A stretch of DNA of 64,000 nucleotides from positions 93,188,001-93,252,000 of the forward strand of contig NC_045697.1 in assembly GCF_009834535.1 (NCBI RefSeq), in the 5' to 3' direction. This DNA comes from Camelus ferus. Lineage: Eukaryota. A program made the position numbers and the translations under genes. This document shows, one piece after another, positions 27,100 to 42,039 of the stretch; the stretch's first letter is position 1; each line of letters opens with the position of its first letter. The notes under the pieces were generated by a model, which worked only from the letters and a program-made list of their open reading frames with translations, did not search any database and was not told the DNA's origin.

Positions 27100-27705
27100 G
27101 TGTTGTAATATATGGATATATATATATATATAGTATTATGATTTTATATATATATAATCATAAACTAGAGACTTATAAGAACACAATCTTTTTATTTTAC
27201 AGTTTCTATAGATCATTGCTCCAGGTGCAGTTTAACTAGGTTCTGTGCTCACCGTCTCACCAAGCTATAATCAAGATACTGTACAGGCTGCATTCTCATC
27301 TTCAGGTTTGTTTAAGAAAGTGTCCACTTTCCATCTCCTTTAGGTTCTCTGCAGAATTAATTACCTTGTGGCTACAGAATGCATATCAATTTGCTTACCT
27401 GAAGCCACTAATGGAGAAACAGAGGGAGTCAACTGCTTGAGGTCTCTTGCCTCTGACCCTCTTTTATAAGTCTCACTTAATTAGGACAGACCACCCTAAA
27501 TAATGTTCCTTTTTATTAGCATGACGTCAACTGAATAGGGACCATAATTTATGACTGGAAAAATCTCTTCAATTTACAATATTCTCCTATTGGTTAGATC
27601 AAAGTTACAGGCCCTGCCCACAATCAAGCAATGGTTATTACACAAAGATATGGACACCAGGAGACAAGAAACATGGAGGCCATCTTAGAATTCTGACTGC
27701 CATAT
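27100..27705 (-). mobile_element. Old MaLR LTR (MLT1E/F-like)
   Basis: gtctcaccaagctataatcaagat...ggaggccatcttagaattctgactgccata. Confidence 0.7.
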
Positions 27706-27799
27706 GCATCTAAATTTAGATGTAACTATTCTAAGATACACTTTCTTGTTTAATTTACATTTTGCCCAGCTGCACTCATCAGGCCAGAAGTGTGGACTC

Positions 27800-28615
27800 A
27801 GTCAAAGTGCTCCTTTTATTAATATATCTCTTTACAGGACCTCATTACAAATTTTTCTCTGAAACAAATGTTAAATATGCATATCCCTCTTAACACCAAT
27901 AAACAAATAAATAAATGAAGCTTGAATATGTATATTATAACTTTTACTGATACAAAGATTATTTAGCACATAATTTCCAAATAATAATAAAATATACTTA
28001 CAATATGCTTTATTGTAAATCTCATATAGCTAATTGATACTCACAGAAATATTTTGATATTTTTGCTTAGGTTAATAAGTGAGATAACATGGAAACAATT
28101 AAGGCATTTGCTGGATTTTCCTCACTTATCAGTGATATCAGTGCTTCTTTGTTAAATTGAATTATCATTTTTTTAATATGACAATAACATTGTCTCTCTC
28201 ACTCTTCCCTTTTTCACTTTTTTTTTCTATTCACAAAACAATGGATAGAGCTAAAAGAATCAACAGAACGATAACTCAAATCCTGATCTGCAGCATTTTC
28301 TGATTTCCACAGTGTAGTTACTCCAGCATGGCCTATTTCAAGCTATTAAGGTGTTATCAATGCATGTGGGAGTTAGAAATAGACATACAGTAGCACATCA
28401 ATCTAGAGTATTTCCACTGTACAAATAAAATATATACAAATAATCTCACAAGGATAGATGATACTAAATTATAGCAAAACAGTGTATGTCTTGAATAATT
28501 GTTACTGTTGTTTTATCTAATTTACTTATTAAATTTTTATAGTTTAATTTCAGTTAAATCTTATGCTTAAAAACTGTTATGTAGATCACTGAAATTTTAA
28601 CAATTAATTCTGTTT
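27800..28615. mobile_element. MER63-like hAT (Blackjack) DNA transposon
   Basis: cctgatctgcagcattttctgatttccacagtgtagttactccagcatggcctatttcaagcta matches recalled MER63; left boundary uncertain. Confidence 0.7.
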
Positions 28616-31429
28616 TTGTTCTTTTTCTACTAGACAAAAACAACAGCTCTCAGACTTAGTCACCAATGAAAATAGATGTTTATAACAGATTCTTCCTTTC
28701 CTTCCTTCCTTCCTTCCTTTTTTTTCCTTCTTTCTAGCTCTCCCTCTTGCTCTTTTTTCCTTCCATATTTCTTTTGTGTAATGAACTTCTCTGTAATATA
28801 CACATGATCCTTATCCCAATATACTAACAAAATTCTTATTATAAGAATGCTTTTTACTATAATGTTTAAAACTTACAACCAGAATTATTATAAAATGTCT
28901 TCATCTTTTATTGTTCATGTATCTTACTTAAGTTTGATGCCAAATATTTTACAAGAATTATGAAAGAATTCTGCCTATTTAACCAATGTCACATAGTTTT
29001 TACATAGAGTTAACATTTAGAAGAATTTTGCCTGATACTGCATCAAAATAAATTTTCATTGGAATTAACTCAAACATATTCTATCTCTCTTTTTATTAAA
29101 TGACTCAGAGCATGTGGCTTAGTTAAACACTGTACTTTGGCTAAATGCATCTTGATTTTATTATTATTATTATTATTTACCAGTGCAGAGGGCATCAAAT
29201 AATCTCAGTTAGAGACTATAAGTGAAATAGAAGAGAAAGGAAAGAGGAGATGAAGAAAAAAGAACATCTGGATTGACCAGCAAGAATATTTTTAAAATCC
29301 AAATTGCTTATTTACATGAGCTTGAAATACAGGAAAACCTAATATTGGAAACTCTTTAACAAACCTTATTCATGGAAGACATTATTTGCTGTAATTGTCT
29401 TAGGCATGATGGCATGTCAAAATGGAATAGTATCTGATTTGAAGCTGAGTGGGTAAAGTGCAGGATTATTTCACTATTATGCTAGTATCCTGGATCAGTT
29501 TATTTTTCTTTTATTTTGGCACAAGAAAACATGAAATGCTAGACACCTTAAATATCACTATATAAAACATATATCATTTACTCTATTTCACCTCTAAAAG
29601 AAAATTTAAGATCTTCCTCAGGTTTAAGTGTGCCAAATTGAGTTTTGTAAGAGAGATAAACTGATTTTAAGAGTCATTAAAATTTTCAGTCTTGCTCACT
29701 AGAGAGTAATGGCCTCAATGAAATGTTTAAAACATTTTGAATTTTGCTCTATAACTCTGTGCTTCAAATATAAGCAAACTGAAGCATTAGACTCATAGAA
29801 TATCTAAGACAAATTAGATATCAAGTGCATGTACTTGTGTATTAGGACCTTGAAAGGAAGCCTTGGATCTGGCTATATTGTGAATTATATAAACTGATAT
29901 TAAGTTCTGACATGAGATGGTTTTAATCAGCTCAAAATGCCATCTACACAGATGATCTGATTTTATTAGCACTTGTCTCTTTAAATCTGATCTATACTAA
30001 ATATATGGCTTTCTCTTCTGGACTTACACACTATCTTATCACCTGGGAAAGTTTGTCAGTTATTTGAGATTATTTTACCTTACCTTGCGAACTTTTACAT
30101 AAACGTATCACAAAGCTTCCTTCCCTTTTGTTTCATGTTAGTCAGAACCACTTCCTTTTTATTTGTTTCCGTTTCTTGTTATAAGAGATATAGTCAAATA
30201 AACCTTTCTTTTGAATATAGTTATCTTCTTAGGTAGAAAGGATAGCTGGACATTAAGGCATAATTTCCTGCATCTGAACTTTCAGAAAAGTTTCCAGAAG
30301 TCAAGCCACCTAATTTATTCAAACAGGTGTGTTGATTTTCTTGTCCCTTTGTACACCTGGCTTTGAAAAAAATCAGAAATTTGAATTAAAAGGAATAGTC
30401 CTAATCTTACTTAAACTGCCATGGTTGTGAATATTACATGTCTGGATGATTTATTCTTCTTTGCTTGAAACCTTTAAGGACTGAGGCAAATGTGAAGCAG
30501 AAAACAAAATGATACGGTATTTCTCATTTCAAAGCAAGGGGAAAGATGCACTTATAGAATGAAAACCTCAGTTGGTTCTGTTAGGAAAATAATATGTATT
30601 TTTAAAAGATAGACTGCTATTAGGGACTACTGTGTCAATAAAGTACCCTTTGCTATTTATTTACCCAGCATTTTCTAGTGAATTCAGAGAGAGAATCTTC
30701 ATTATGATCAATCAGGTCAATTACAGGGTTGGGGTGGGGTAAACTATAGTGTTATTTGCAAGATTCTGCTAGAGATGTATGGAGGATATGTGATAACAAA
30801 TACAAAAACAGGTGTTCCATAATACGATAAAATGGAGTCATTACAAAAACTGTGTCCAGAAAAGTATCATAAGCACATCTTCATGCAGATGAGCAGAACA
30901 AATGAGATCACTGAACCAACAGTAATGCATTTCTCAAACTGATATGTTTTCTATGAGACAAAGCTTTTATTCCTGATGAAAGGCACTGGTGATCTATTGC
31001 TCAAAATATTTCAACTATAACAGCCTTTTAAAATATCAGACATTTACTAAAAGGGAGATTATATATATAGTCTGTGTAAAAAGAATATGTTGTCACACAT
31101 AACAAATATCATTCTTAGTTATTGTCCATAACAGTTCTTGATTGTATTACATTCAAAAGAAAACTCACATGATTGAAAAAAAAATCATTAAACTTTTTAG
31201 AAAGTGTTGCCATCAATTTTGTGATACATGTGATAGGAGATTTTAATTTTTGTATTTTTAGATAAAATATATATGTGTATACATGTATGTGTTTCAGATA
31301 AGATATTATATATGTATGATAAAAGTTAAGTAAGAATGGAACAGTTTTCTAAAGATAAAACAGATTTAAATGTATTAATGATCAATTTTCTTTATCTCAA
31401 AAATAAAGCTGATATATAGATACAGCTAT

Positions 31430-31560
31430 CAATATCTATATATACACCTGTATTTATCTATATCTATATCTGTATCTATATCTATATATCATCTTTAAAT
31501 ATATATATATATAATATATAATATATATATACTTTATATACACACACACACACAATACAC
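31430..31560. repeat. Compound (TATC)/(TA)n/(CA)n microsatellite
   Basis: Visible low-complexity run. Confidence 0.9.
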
Positions 31561-32410
31561 AGTTCCAAGTAAGAATGAAGAGTAACTGGAATCAAACTTG
31601 TCTTCTCATCATAAACAAATATAAACTGAATGAGAAGCAGTTGTTTTTAGACATTGACAAGAGCACAGGACTATAATCCCTGAGAAAAGGGATAAAAATA
31701 AGAGAGGCAGGAGATTTCTTTAGCTTCTGCTTAGAGGTACTTTCTATGCTGAGTTGTACAGATCAGAACACTAGAGCTTACTGAGTTAAGGAGATAGATA
31801 TTTAAGATCCAAGAGGACACAATGGCTAGAATTTGCAGGCAGAGTAGCAAAGAGAAGGGATCTACACAGAAAAATGTCTGCAGAAATCTGCAAAGGGAGG
31901 TCCCCTGTATACATTTGCTGAGTGATGAGGTATGCATACACAGTACAAACGATTTACAAGGGTGTTACAAACTGAAAAATCAACAGAACCCACAAAGAAT
32001 TGGACAATAATTTGAGTTCCACTCAGACACAGTAACAGTCTTCCTGGAATATCTGGAATATTCATTACAGATCTGAGTAGGTTCAAAATTCAGTAGCAGG
32101 ACTAAAGTGTTCTTGGACTAAACGCTACTCTAGATCAGTCTTAATAAAGCTTAAAAATGAACCTCAAATTTTTAAACTTCATGTTTCAAAACTCTTTAAA
32201 GGAAGACAGTAAAACTCAAGCTTCAACAATACTAAATACTCAATGTCTTACATCAAAATTGAAAACCACATGGAACTTCTTGTTGAAAAGAAATGAAAAG
32301 TGTGATATTTGGAATTTTAAAAAATTCTGGTTGGAATTAATAATTAGTTACCACAGAAATAAGGATAAGTCAACTTGATGACAAAGCAATAGAAACTATC
32401 CAAATGGAAA

Positions 32411-32448
<38 letters not shown>

Positions 32449-33230
32449 CACTAGGGAAAAAGAGATTCTGATTCCACGACAAGTGGTAAAATAGGGACCA
32501 GTCTATCAGATGTGTAGTCATGGATCATGAAGGATATAAAGAACTATAGCAGGATAAGAACAAAGATAACACACCAAGAACTATTTTAATCACATTGCTG
32601 AAAATCAGTAATAAAGAGAAAAATCTTAAAGGCAGATAAGAGAAACAAAAAGACATATAAAAAGAGAAAACAATTATAAAAATTACTACTGAATGTAATT
32701 TTTTCAGCAAACATATGCAAGCCATAAAATAATGAAACAATGTCTTTAAAGTGCTAAAATTTTTAAAAAAGTAAAAAGAAATTCACATCAAAATTTAATA
32801 CTTGAGTATTCACAAAAACTCGACTCATAATCACCTCAAGCCAAAAATAACTCAAAATTACATTCACAGGTAAATGGATAAACAAATTGTGGTACATCCA
32901 TAATTAGATTACACTCTGCAATAATAAATAATAAATTACTGCTACAGGCAAACATACACATTTATCTCAAAAATAATGTGATGCTCAAAAGGATATGGAC
33001 ACACAAGTGTATGTGATATTCCACTTCTATGAAAACCTAAAAAAGGAAAAGCTAATTTATAGTGACAGATATAACATCAGTGGTTGTCTCAGTCTGGGGA
33101 TCGACAGCAAAAGGTGATAGAGGAACTTTTGCACATGATAGAAATAATTTTAATGCTGGTTACGTGGGAATATGCATTTGTCAAAACTCATCAAATGCAT
33201 ACATTTCATTTCAATAAATTCAAGTAAAAA
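31560..33230 (+). mobile_element. Old L1M fragments (5'/ORF1 region joined to a 3' end); (CA)n at 32414-32447
   Basis: aaattgctgaaaatcagtaataaagagaaaatcttaaaggcag is ORF1-like; aaatggataaacaaattgtggtacatcca and tttgtcaaaactcatcaa are 3'-end-like. Confidence 0.75.
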
Positions 33231-33528
33231 CTCTCCAGTCAGAAAAATGGACATCAAGAGGAAGTATTTTTGGGTTGAGTAACACAATTGAATTTTCCTA
33301 GTATAAAAGCAGGGTACTGTAATTAACGTACTGAATCTAGCATTACTGATGGGAAGTCATGGCCTACAAAGTGCTGACTAATATTACTTTAATATATTTT
33401 AATATATTTTACTCCCATTTATTACCTATGCTATTAATCAAAAGTGAAGTGTGTTGAATTTGTAACTAATTTTCACAACTTCATATGAAACTAATTCTTA
33501 AGATATTCTAATTTGAGAGATTAATGTT

Positions 33529-33891
33529 TGTCTTAGTCCCATTGAGTTGCAATCACAAAATGCCACAGCCTGGGTGGGTGGCTTATAATGAACAGAAATT
33601 TATTTCTCATACTTTTGGAGACTGAGAAGTCAAAGATCAAGGCGGTGGCCAATTCACTGTCTTGTGAGAACCCACTTCCTGATTTATATACAACCATTTT
33701 CTTTCTATGTCCTCATATGGCAGAAGGGGTGAGGAAGTTCTTTGAGGTCTCTTTTATAAGGACATTAATCCCATTCATAAGTGCTCCATGCTTATGACTT
33801 AATCTCCTCCCCAAGGTACCACCTCCAAATAACATCACATTGGGATTGGTTTCAACATATGAATGTTGGGGGAAACATGCAATCTATAGCA
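33529..33891 (-). mobile_element. MaLR solo LTR (MLT1A0-like)
   Basis: tgtcttagtcc...aacagaaatttatttctca...ttcaacatatgaat...ctatagca. Confidence 0.92.
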
Positions 33892-34059
33892 ATTATTTAA
33901 CATTGTCAATAATTATATTAATATTCACACATCCCCTTGTTCTGATTTTCTGCTATGCTGAACAGATTCATACATTTGTTTAATTCTATTTGCTTTTCTC
34001 TTCCCTAGCCCCTTCCAAGCAGAGGCATGGGTTGGCATTGCATCAGTCTCAATTCTTTA

Positions 34060-34724
34060 CAGTTCACCAGTGTAGCTTCCTTTAACTTGAGAAATGCAAG
34101 GAACACTCGGCACATGGGACTCTGTCCAAACTTCTGCATTAAGAGACTTGACCAAACTCTAGCATGTCTTCTAAAAGCTTAAGATCCTGTCATTAGGAGG
34201 AACCCAACCTCCTTTAAAATGCCTGCTAGAGAAAGCACCTGGCTGCCAAAATAATTTGCCTTTTGTTCTTGCCAACATCCCCCTTTCCTAGAGCATTTAT
34301 GTATTAAAAAAAAAAAAAAGAGCATACAATTTTATATTCTACCACTCTTTCTTTGAGAAATGCATGTATGCATCTCCTACAGCACAGGATTGTCTTTCTC
34401 AAGGAACTGAAAATTATTTCTTTGAAATATCTATCAGGAAGGATAGGGCCTCTGTCTCCCAGACTCTCTGGCAGGATAAACTTCTAACTTCAATAACTGC
34501 CAGAAACAGACAAAGGTGGCCTAAGTGCATTTATACTGATCAACACTGACTGACCATACTGAGCTTCCTCTTGCCTCCTCCCTACTCCCTTTTCTCCTTT
34601 AAAGCACTAGTCACCTCTGCAAAAATTGAAGTGGAGCTCAACTCTTTCCCCTACTGTCATTAGTTACAGAATAAAATCTGCTCTTACCGCTTTAACTAAC
34701 GTCTAGCTTTATTTATCTTTGACG
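34060..34724 (+). mobile_element. ERV1 LTR (MER67/MER34-like)
   Basis: cttgaccaaactctagcat, tgtctttctcaagga, gatagggcctctgtctcccag, AATAAA ~34670, ends tctttgac; 5' boundary uncertain. Confidence 0.7.
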
Positions 34725-37698
34725 AAATATAGTTAAATTGATGATGCAACATAAGTTAAACATACAAGCAAGTCTTCAATTTGACAAATGAGTCAATACT
34801 AAGGCAGAAAGCATCATCAAAATTACTTCCATTCCTAACCTGAAATTATATTTATAACGAGTAGTTTACTTAAATTAGCGAACAAAATAAAATCAAGCTT
34901 TTGTTAAAGCTGATAACCTTCAAAATTCACTTCATTGAAAATCTATTTTAATAAATAATTATTGAACATTCAAAAACTTTGAGTTAATCTATACAACATT
35001 ATCCTTTTCGATTGTAAGCATTTAAGAATACTTGTTAATTTTATGCTGTTCATTATTTCTAAAAATCTAGTGAAGGCAAACGTAACTTCACTAGATAGAG
35101 GAAAATAATAAATAAAGCATTTCTGACAATTATAAAGAGCACTGCATTGTATATTATTTAAAAAGCACATTTTTAGAATTGTATTACTATTCTCAGAAAT
35201 TGAATCATGTACATGAATTGTTTGTTTCATATTATTCAGGAAGTAGCAATTAAAAGTAGGAATAAAATAAAGGCAGTTGTTTTTACGAATTCTGATAAAA
35301 GATTCTGTAGGAATTTTTAGTCCTATTGAAAATTATCCCAAAGTTGTAAACCAGTCAGAGGTAAGTAACTAGATTCTTCCTTTTTGCTATTTTTACATTT
35401 AATAATAAATCTTAACCTTGTCCTGTATTCACTATTTTAAAAATACTATTTTTGCATATATTTCATTTAAAAAGGAGTTTACTAAGGTTAGTTTGTTGTT
35501 TTAGAGTCTTTGAAGTCAACAGCAATATAGATTTATTTTTTAACCTCAAGTAACAGCATGTTTTGCATTCATGAATGAAAATATAGAGAGATGGCTAGAT
35601 AGATAGGTAAGTAGATATTGTTTATTGTGGATAGCAAGAAATTATTATGAAAGAAAAATAACCAGATGCACTGTTTAAAATAAAACATTTCTGGAAGATA
35701 GAAATTATAATTGCTTTGCTGAACTTAAGTTTCACTTTATACTCTGAATAAATTAGGCCATTATTATTCTACGCTCAAATTCCTAAGGGTACCTTTCCTT
35801 TGGTTAGTATCTATTTAATTCAGATCAGTTAGTGAACACCTTTGGTTAATGTCATGATATTTCCGTTATAGAATTCAAACTCTCCTGAAAGAAGTGTGTC
35901 AAGTTGCTACCTTTCAGCGAAGGTGCATTCCATTAAAGATTCTTTGATTTTGGAGATTCTTTAGAATGTGTTTCAAGAGAGAAGGTATTAAGAAACACTG
36001 TACAAAGGTACAATTGATTCATAGAATCTCTTTCTTGCAAACGTGTGCTATTTTTGTACATTTACCTTTTCTAATAAAGTCTTTTATAATTTTTCTTTTT
36101 CTTCATTTCGATTGTCCTGTTCCAATCCATTTTCTTGCACTACCCTATCCAATATATTTACCTGTCACAGCTTTATTATTTTCCAATGAATCCTATGAAG
36201 AAGAGCTATTTCAGTTGAGTAGAGCTTACAGTATTCATTATAGCCAATCAAGTGTGTGAGCAGTGGTAATGAATAATCAGAATATGTGAAAAATTATCAA
36301 AATAGAAAAGAGTAATAAATATAAATGAGTCAGGACTAATCATTCCCTGAATATTACCAGAATAATATTGCTCTTCATTTCACATGAAATGAAAATTACA
36401 AAACATTTATCAGTTTGTTTTATCCTGAATACAAATGTCAGATCATATAGGATGTTCTTGTGTATATAGAGAATAGAAAATACTGGATAAAGATGGTCTA
36501 TATAAAGTTTAGGTCATCAATTTAAAGTGTTTGTTGTCATAAGGACTTTTGTTCTCAAGCATTACAGAAATCACATTTAGAAGACTGCAAACACTTGATG
36601 TGCTTGAGAATTTATTTTTTCTTAGTTTATTAAATTCATTGGTAAGAATCCCACTGGGAACAAAAGTATTATTATTCATTAGTTCATTTTGTTGGCCTTG
36701 AGATGTCAGCACCATGTGTACAGCTAGCAATATTGTAGGTAAATAAAAAAAGGAAGACAGAGAAAGTAAGTAAAATGCATAAGTAGGAAGAAATGCTAAG
36801 AAAAATGTTCTTTTCTCAAGGCTTGAGGTAAAAGATTAGATTATAGTTTGCAGAATCAAGGGCACATAGGAATGGCACACAATGATCATGATTTATGGAA
36901 GTATTTTGGAAGGTAGAAAATCAATATATGTTCTAAAAGTTCCGTTTTGTTCAGATTAATCTGAACTGCTCCTTCTCCTAACATATCACATTGGCTTAAA
37001 TGTGATAGTGATTTAAATATACACACATACACACACATATAATATCAGAACACTTTATTCTAATGAAAATAAAGATTTATGTATCCATTATTTTCAAGCC
37101 TTAAATATAAAAAAAATCTGGTATACTTATGTTTAGAGTTTTTAAATTTGAATACTTTAATAGAGTGTTTGGTTATGGAAACTTTAAGAATTAAAATTGG
37201 TGAATCACTGGTCTAAGTTTAAAATGCTCTGGATCATCAGGCAGAATATAACCTCAATTCTAACTTCCTGTGTTTAATTAAGCCCCATAATTTTCTGTAG
37301 GACTTAGCCAAAATTTATAAGTGAGATAGTTGTTCATGAATCACTTATTAGCCTGGAAGTTATACCCTGGGCAACAGTGCCCAGATTTTTTTGATGCTAT
37401 CCATACTTGTTCTGATGAAGTGACAGGCAGGTGAAATGACTGATCTCAATGACATTAATTCCCAGCCATGTTTCTTTGAGGACATGAATCAGGATAATAA
37501 ATTCTCCTTTTAATTTTTTACTTTAACTCAACTCTACAAGAAATGAAATAAGATTGTTTCTTACCTTTGAGAATTTGTATGGTATATTCAAAAAGTTAGT
37601 TATTGAGAGAGTAAAATATATTGAGGAATGTGTTTTACTTAGAACAAACAAAGAAAATGTTATTGAGAACCCTTATAATTAAATATAAGTGAATACAT

Positions 37699-37742
37699 GA
37701 TAGATAGATAGATAGATAAATACATAGACAGATACATAGATA
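37699..37742. repeat. (GATA)n-type microsatellite
   Basis: Visible tetranucleotide run. Confidence 0.85.
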
Positions 37743-39459
37743 ATTGACAAAGAAGCTTGGTGTGAAGTTTGGACTTTAGGCAAGTGTTCATGGTAATCTA
37801 TTTAATGTTATAATCATCCTCCACACTGAGTTGACAATATTGAATTCACCTAAACAAAATATAACATAAATATTAACATTTTCTTAAATTGAATATATGG
37901 CAAAAAAAGTGAAGCAGGTTATGTGACTGTGTGTGTGTGTATTCTTACTGATACCATAAGGACTGTAATAGTTGCTTTGTAAAATTAAGTTTGTTTTGAA
38001 ATTATTGTTTTTTAAAATATTTCTTCCGAGGCATTTTTATTCTTAAATCTAGCATACCTTATACATTACATAGGAGCTATAATTGTTACCCTGCTGTTCA
38101 GCCATCACAGTGAGTTTAAAATCAAATCTGAGAAGCTTATTGGCATGATAAATTTAGTATTATTTTTATTCTCAGAACCTATACATTTGCATTCTGAGTT
38201 TAACGTGTCATATTTCCAAAGCTTATATAAATATGAAATTTCCTAAATATAATGTTTTCATATTTTCTATAAATTCAGAGTTACATATTTTGATGACATT
38301 TATTATAAATATCATTTGATTTTACAATACAAAGTACATGCTAAAATAATAATAACAAATGTCTACAATATAAGTAATTACCTGTCAATAATCACTTCTT
38401 GTAATTCAAAAACTATTTTATCTCCTCCCTTAAAAATACAAAATGAAATAATTACAATGCTTAGTTAATACCCTCATTACAAATATAATCTCTTATGTTC
38501 TATATTGGTTATTACTCCTATAGATAGATAAATAGGTAGACACAGATACAGATGTATAAATGGATATTAATACAGTTAAAGAAGTAACCAATAAATGTTA
38601 ATTCAAATATAAAAAAGACTTAGAATTTAAATGAATCAAAATGGTTGTTATAATGAAATATATCTGCATGTACAATATGAAGGAGTAAATGAACAAAATG
38701 TTTTGTTCAATAAATTGTTTTCTTTCCTCCCAGACTGTATGAAATCATTAACTAAAGAATATTTTTTAAATACTGGTTTATGAGGTCATAAGTGCAGAGA
38801 AGTGATAACGTAAACCATTTCATGAACTTTACAAGACAAAGTCTGAGAGTATTCCATGGCAGGGTGTAGCTTATAAAATGTCATATGCTATATAGTTTTT
38901 TATGCTCCTCAAAAACATTTGAATAGCTTAATTGCCTTTCTATTAGTAAAGAATTTTCACTGGAAATGTCTTGAATTCATTCTTTTTTGTATGTTTCGTT
39001 CTCCAGGGATCCACACCTAACTATTTAAATGTCATACCATTTGCATTGACCATTCAGAAATCTCTAACTTCTAAAAAGCAGTGTTAACTCAAACTAACTT
39101 ATCTATTTCTTTACACATTTCCAAATATCAGTTCTCTCTCTAACAACGAGTTCTTAAGATATTAGCAACTATGCAATTTAGTTGGATGGATGACAATTTC
39201 GGTTGTCCACAATTTTCCTAAAGGGAATAGGAATATTTAAAAAAAGTTACTAGAAAACAGAAGGTTATAAGTAGAAAGATGAGACTGAAATATTGGCCTG
39301 TGCATTACTTAAATTCATTCTCTACTGCAGACTCCATCAGTGACAATACATATGGGATACATGCACTGTAGGTACTGGCTTTAAAATCTTGCAAATGTGT
39401 TTTCACATTTTCATCTTGATTTGTGAATAATATCTCACCTGATTAGAAAATTCCTTGGT

Positions 39460-39510
39460 GCCTTCTTTTCTTTCTTCCTTCCTTCCTTCCTTTCTTCCTT
39501 TCTTTCTTCT
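39460..39510. repeat. (TTCC)n low-complexity tract
   Basis: Visible; a similar tract lies at ~28690-28765. Confidence 0.85.
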
Positions 39511-40839
39511 GATGTGTGTCGTTGCATGGGAAGTATAATGTAAAACTAATTCTTTTGTTTTTGATGTTAACTTTAGTTTTACCTGTCTGCAAGTTTTTAT
39601 CTTATTTAATTTTATTTTTTTGCTTCTGTTTTAGAATTCAATATTTTACCCAGTATTTCTTCTTAACCCTGCTAAAACCAAATTAGCTTTTAATCTTTTG
39701 AGTCAAAATCTCTGTATATTATATAAAATTGCTTCTACTATTTCTGTAAAGTCCCCTATCTTCCACTGAATCTTTTTATGTTTCTAAATGTTCATCACTT
39801 GAATTTTCGGTTTTTGCATTGTCCTTCAATTTTCTTATCCTTTTCATCATTATTTTAATTTATTTATATTTTATAATATTTATTCTACTTGATCTTTCAG
39901 AATACCAATGTGGGTAATAATAGTAAGATCTACACAGAAATAACTGCATGTGGACACATTACATTTTAAAAGTACATTTTTATTCTACAAATATTGGTTC
40001 TAATAAAGTCATTGAAATGCTGCATATTCTGCCCCCTTCTTCTCTTCCTCCTCTTTCTCTCTCTCCTCCTGTTCTAGCTACTCTTCCTTTTCCTCCTTCT
40101 ATTACTTAGTTTGTTACCTGTCTCTTCTGAAGTTTATTCTGTTAGCAACAACTTTTCTACTGTTTTGCTTAACTTGTCACTGTAAGCCTGTAAGGCCACC
40201 TTACGTTTAATGCTATTTTCCCTTTGGATAGTCATGACACAATTTATGCTCGCTGCTCAGGTATAGCTTTTGTATTTTAAGTCAGTCTCTGTTCCACCAA
40301 GCCAGCAATGAGCCAGTCTGAGTATTCTCTAAAACTAGTTTCTCTGCTATTCAGTTTTTCAACTGCTACGACTAGAGCTGTGTTCCATCTGACTCTGTTG
40401 GGTCCCCCAAAAACTCAAGGTCAAGCTTATACTCACCAGGTGTCTCTTGCTTGCAAACAACTGCCACTGATGGAATTCAGAGGTGACGGCAATAAGTAAG
40501 TGTTCAAAATAGATGAAGGTGACTTTGTGGCAGCGTAACTTTAGAATTATGCTGTGTTTTATATACACAAGCACTTCAGTAGCGCTGATAAATATCGATT
40601 ATAGGAATATTTATTGAGCTCTTCGTATGTGTCAATCAGAAAGAATATATAAGTCTTAAAGCTTTGGTTGCTAGAAATAAGAGACAAGTGGAAATAGTGC
40701 TTTATGCATACTTCTCACATAGCTTCACACAAAATATTAAAAAGACATTTTTAAAAGGCAATAATATAATAATTAGTGATTTTTGTTGTAGATGTTAATT
40801 TTTTTTTTCTTCTATGTGTGGAGGTGAAAAATACAATAA

Positions 40840-41055
40840 TCTTTGGTACCGTACTGTGTCCTGATTCACCCTAAGATGCCAACACTTTTACTCTTCATTG
40901 CTTTGTACCATCAATATATATAACAAAAAAAGGCAAAAAAGGCAAAACATGTCTTGCTATCATTATAAAAATAGTTTTGACTTGGTGGAACCCCAAAGAT
41001 CCCCCTAAGAGAGGGACTGTCAAGAATCTGAGGGCTAGACTTTAGGAACCAAGGT
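40840..41055. mobile_element. hAT-Charlie DNA transposon end
   Basis: gtcttgctatcattataaaaatagttttgacttggtggaacccc...actttaggaacca resembles a Charlie-type terminus. Confidence 0.55.
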
Positions 41056-42039
41056 CCTCAGAAATCTTAGACATCACCAGGTACGACTAGCACCAGGCTA
41101 AGGTAGGAGATAGTTTGTCCAAAGAAAGGAAACCCAAACCAAAAAAAAAAAAAAAAAGAAAAGAAAAAAAGGCAAACTGAAAGCTGCTAACACACTTCTC
41201 TGATTCTCAATTTTGTTCTTGGTAAGTATTGGCCATCTAATTAATGCTGAATAATTTATAATACATTATAAATACAAATACTTATCACAGGTATGCTACA
41301 GTTACTTATTGTAATTTAGTAGTTTCCTTTCTAAAATATATAATTCCTAGATTTTAAATTTTATTTAAATACATAATTTTCTGTGACTCTACTAGTGTCC
41401 TTAAAGAAAACTATTTTCACAAACCGTTTTTGCTGTATGAATAAAAACAAAGAAGAGTTAATCCATTGAGAGATTTACTTTCCAAACGATAAAAGTAAAG
41501 TAAAAATAGTATATGTTACTATTAATACTAAAAAGTACTGTGATAGTTTGAAATATATCTTTTCATAAGCATCATTTTTCAAAACGGTTTTATTGTACTT
41601 CAGCTGATCAGGAAAAAAAGTTTTTTTCCATCACACATTGTAGACCTCCTCAAAGATCAGTGGTGCTTTCACTTTCCTTCACCAGGTTAGTGACCTACCC
41701 AGCAAGCATCCATTTGTCTGTGTATCCAAATCACTCACCTCTGACTTAGTTCAAATGATTTCTCATGTCTAAAGTCCACTTCTCTGAGCTAGGATATGTT
41801 CTCCATTGTTTATATCTCATCATTCATTACGTTATTCCACTGACTTCTGATATGTGTTGTTCCATGAGAGTTTTAATGTCAAATGAATTCTTTTTCTTTT
41901 GGTGTTAATTTTTTGTTTGTTTGTTTTTCCTATCTGAATTTTCTTATTTTGTTGCTTCTATTTTAGAGTTTGATATTTTTACCAGTATTTCTGCTCAACC
42001 TGGCTAAACCAAATTAGCTAATTTGTTATTTTTTAAATG

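Noticed and set aside
36949..36966. Perfect 18-bp palindrome GTTCAGATTAATCTGAAC
   Set aside because: About one such palindrome is expected by chance in 64 kb of AT-rich DNA
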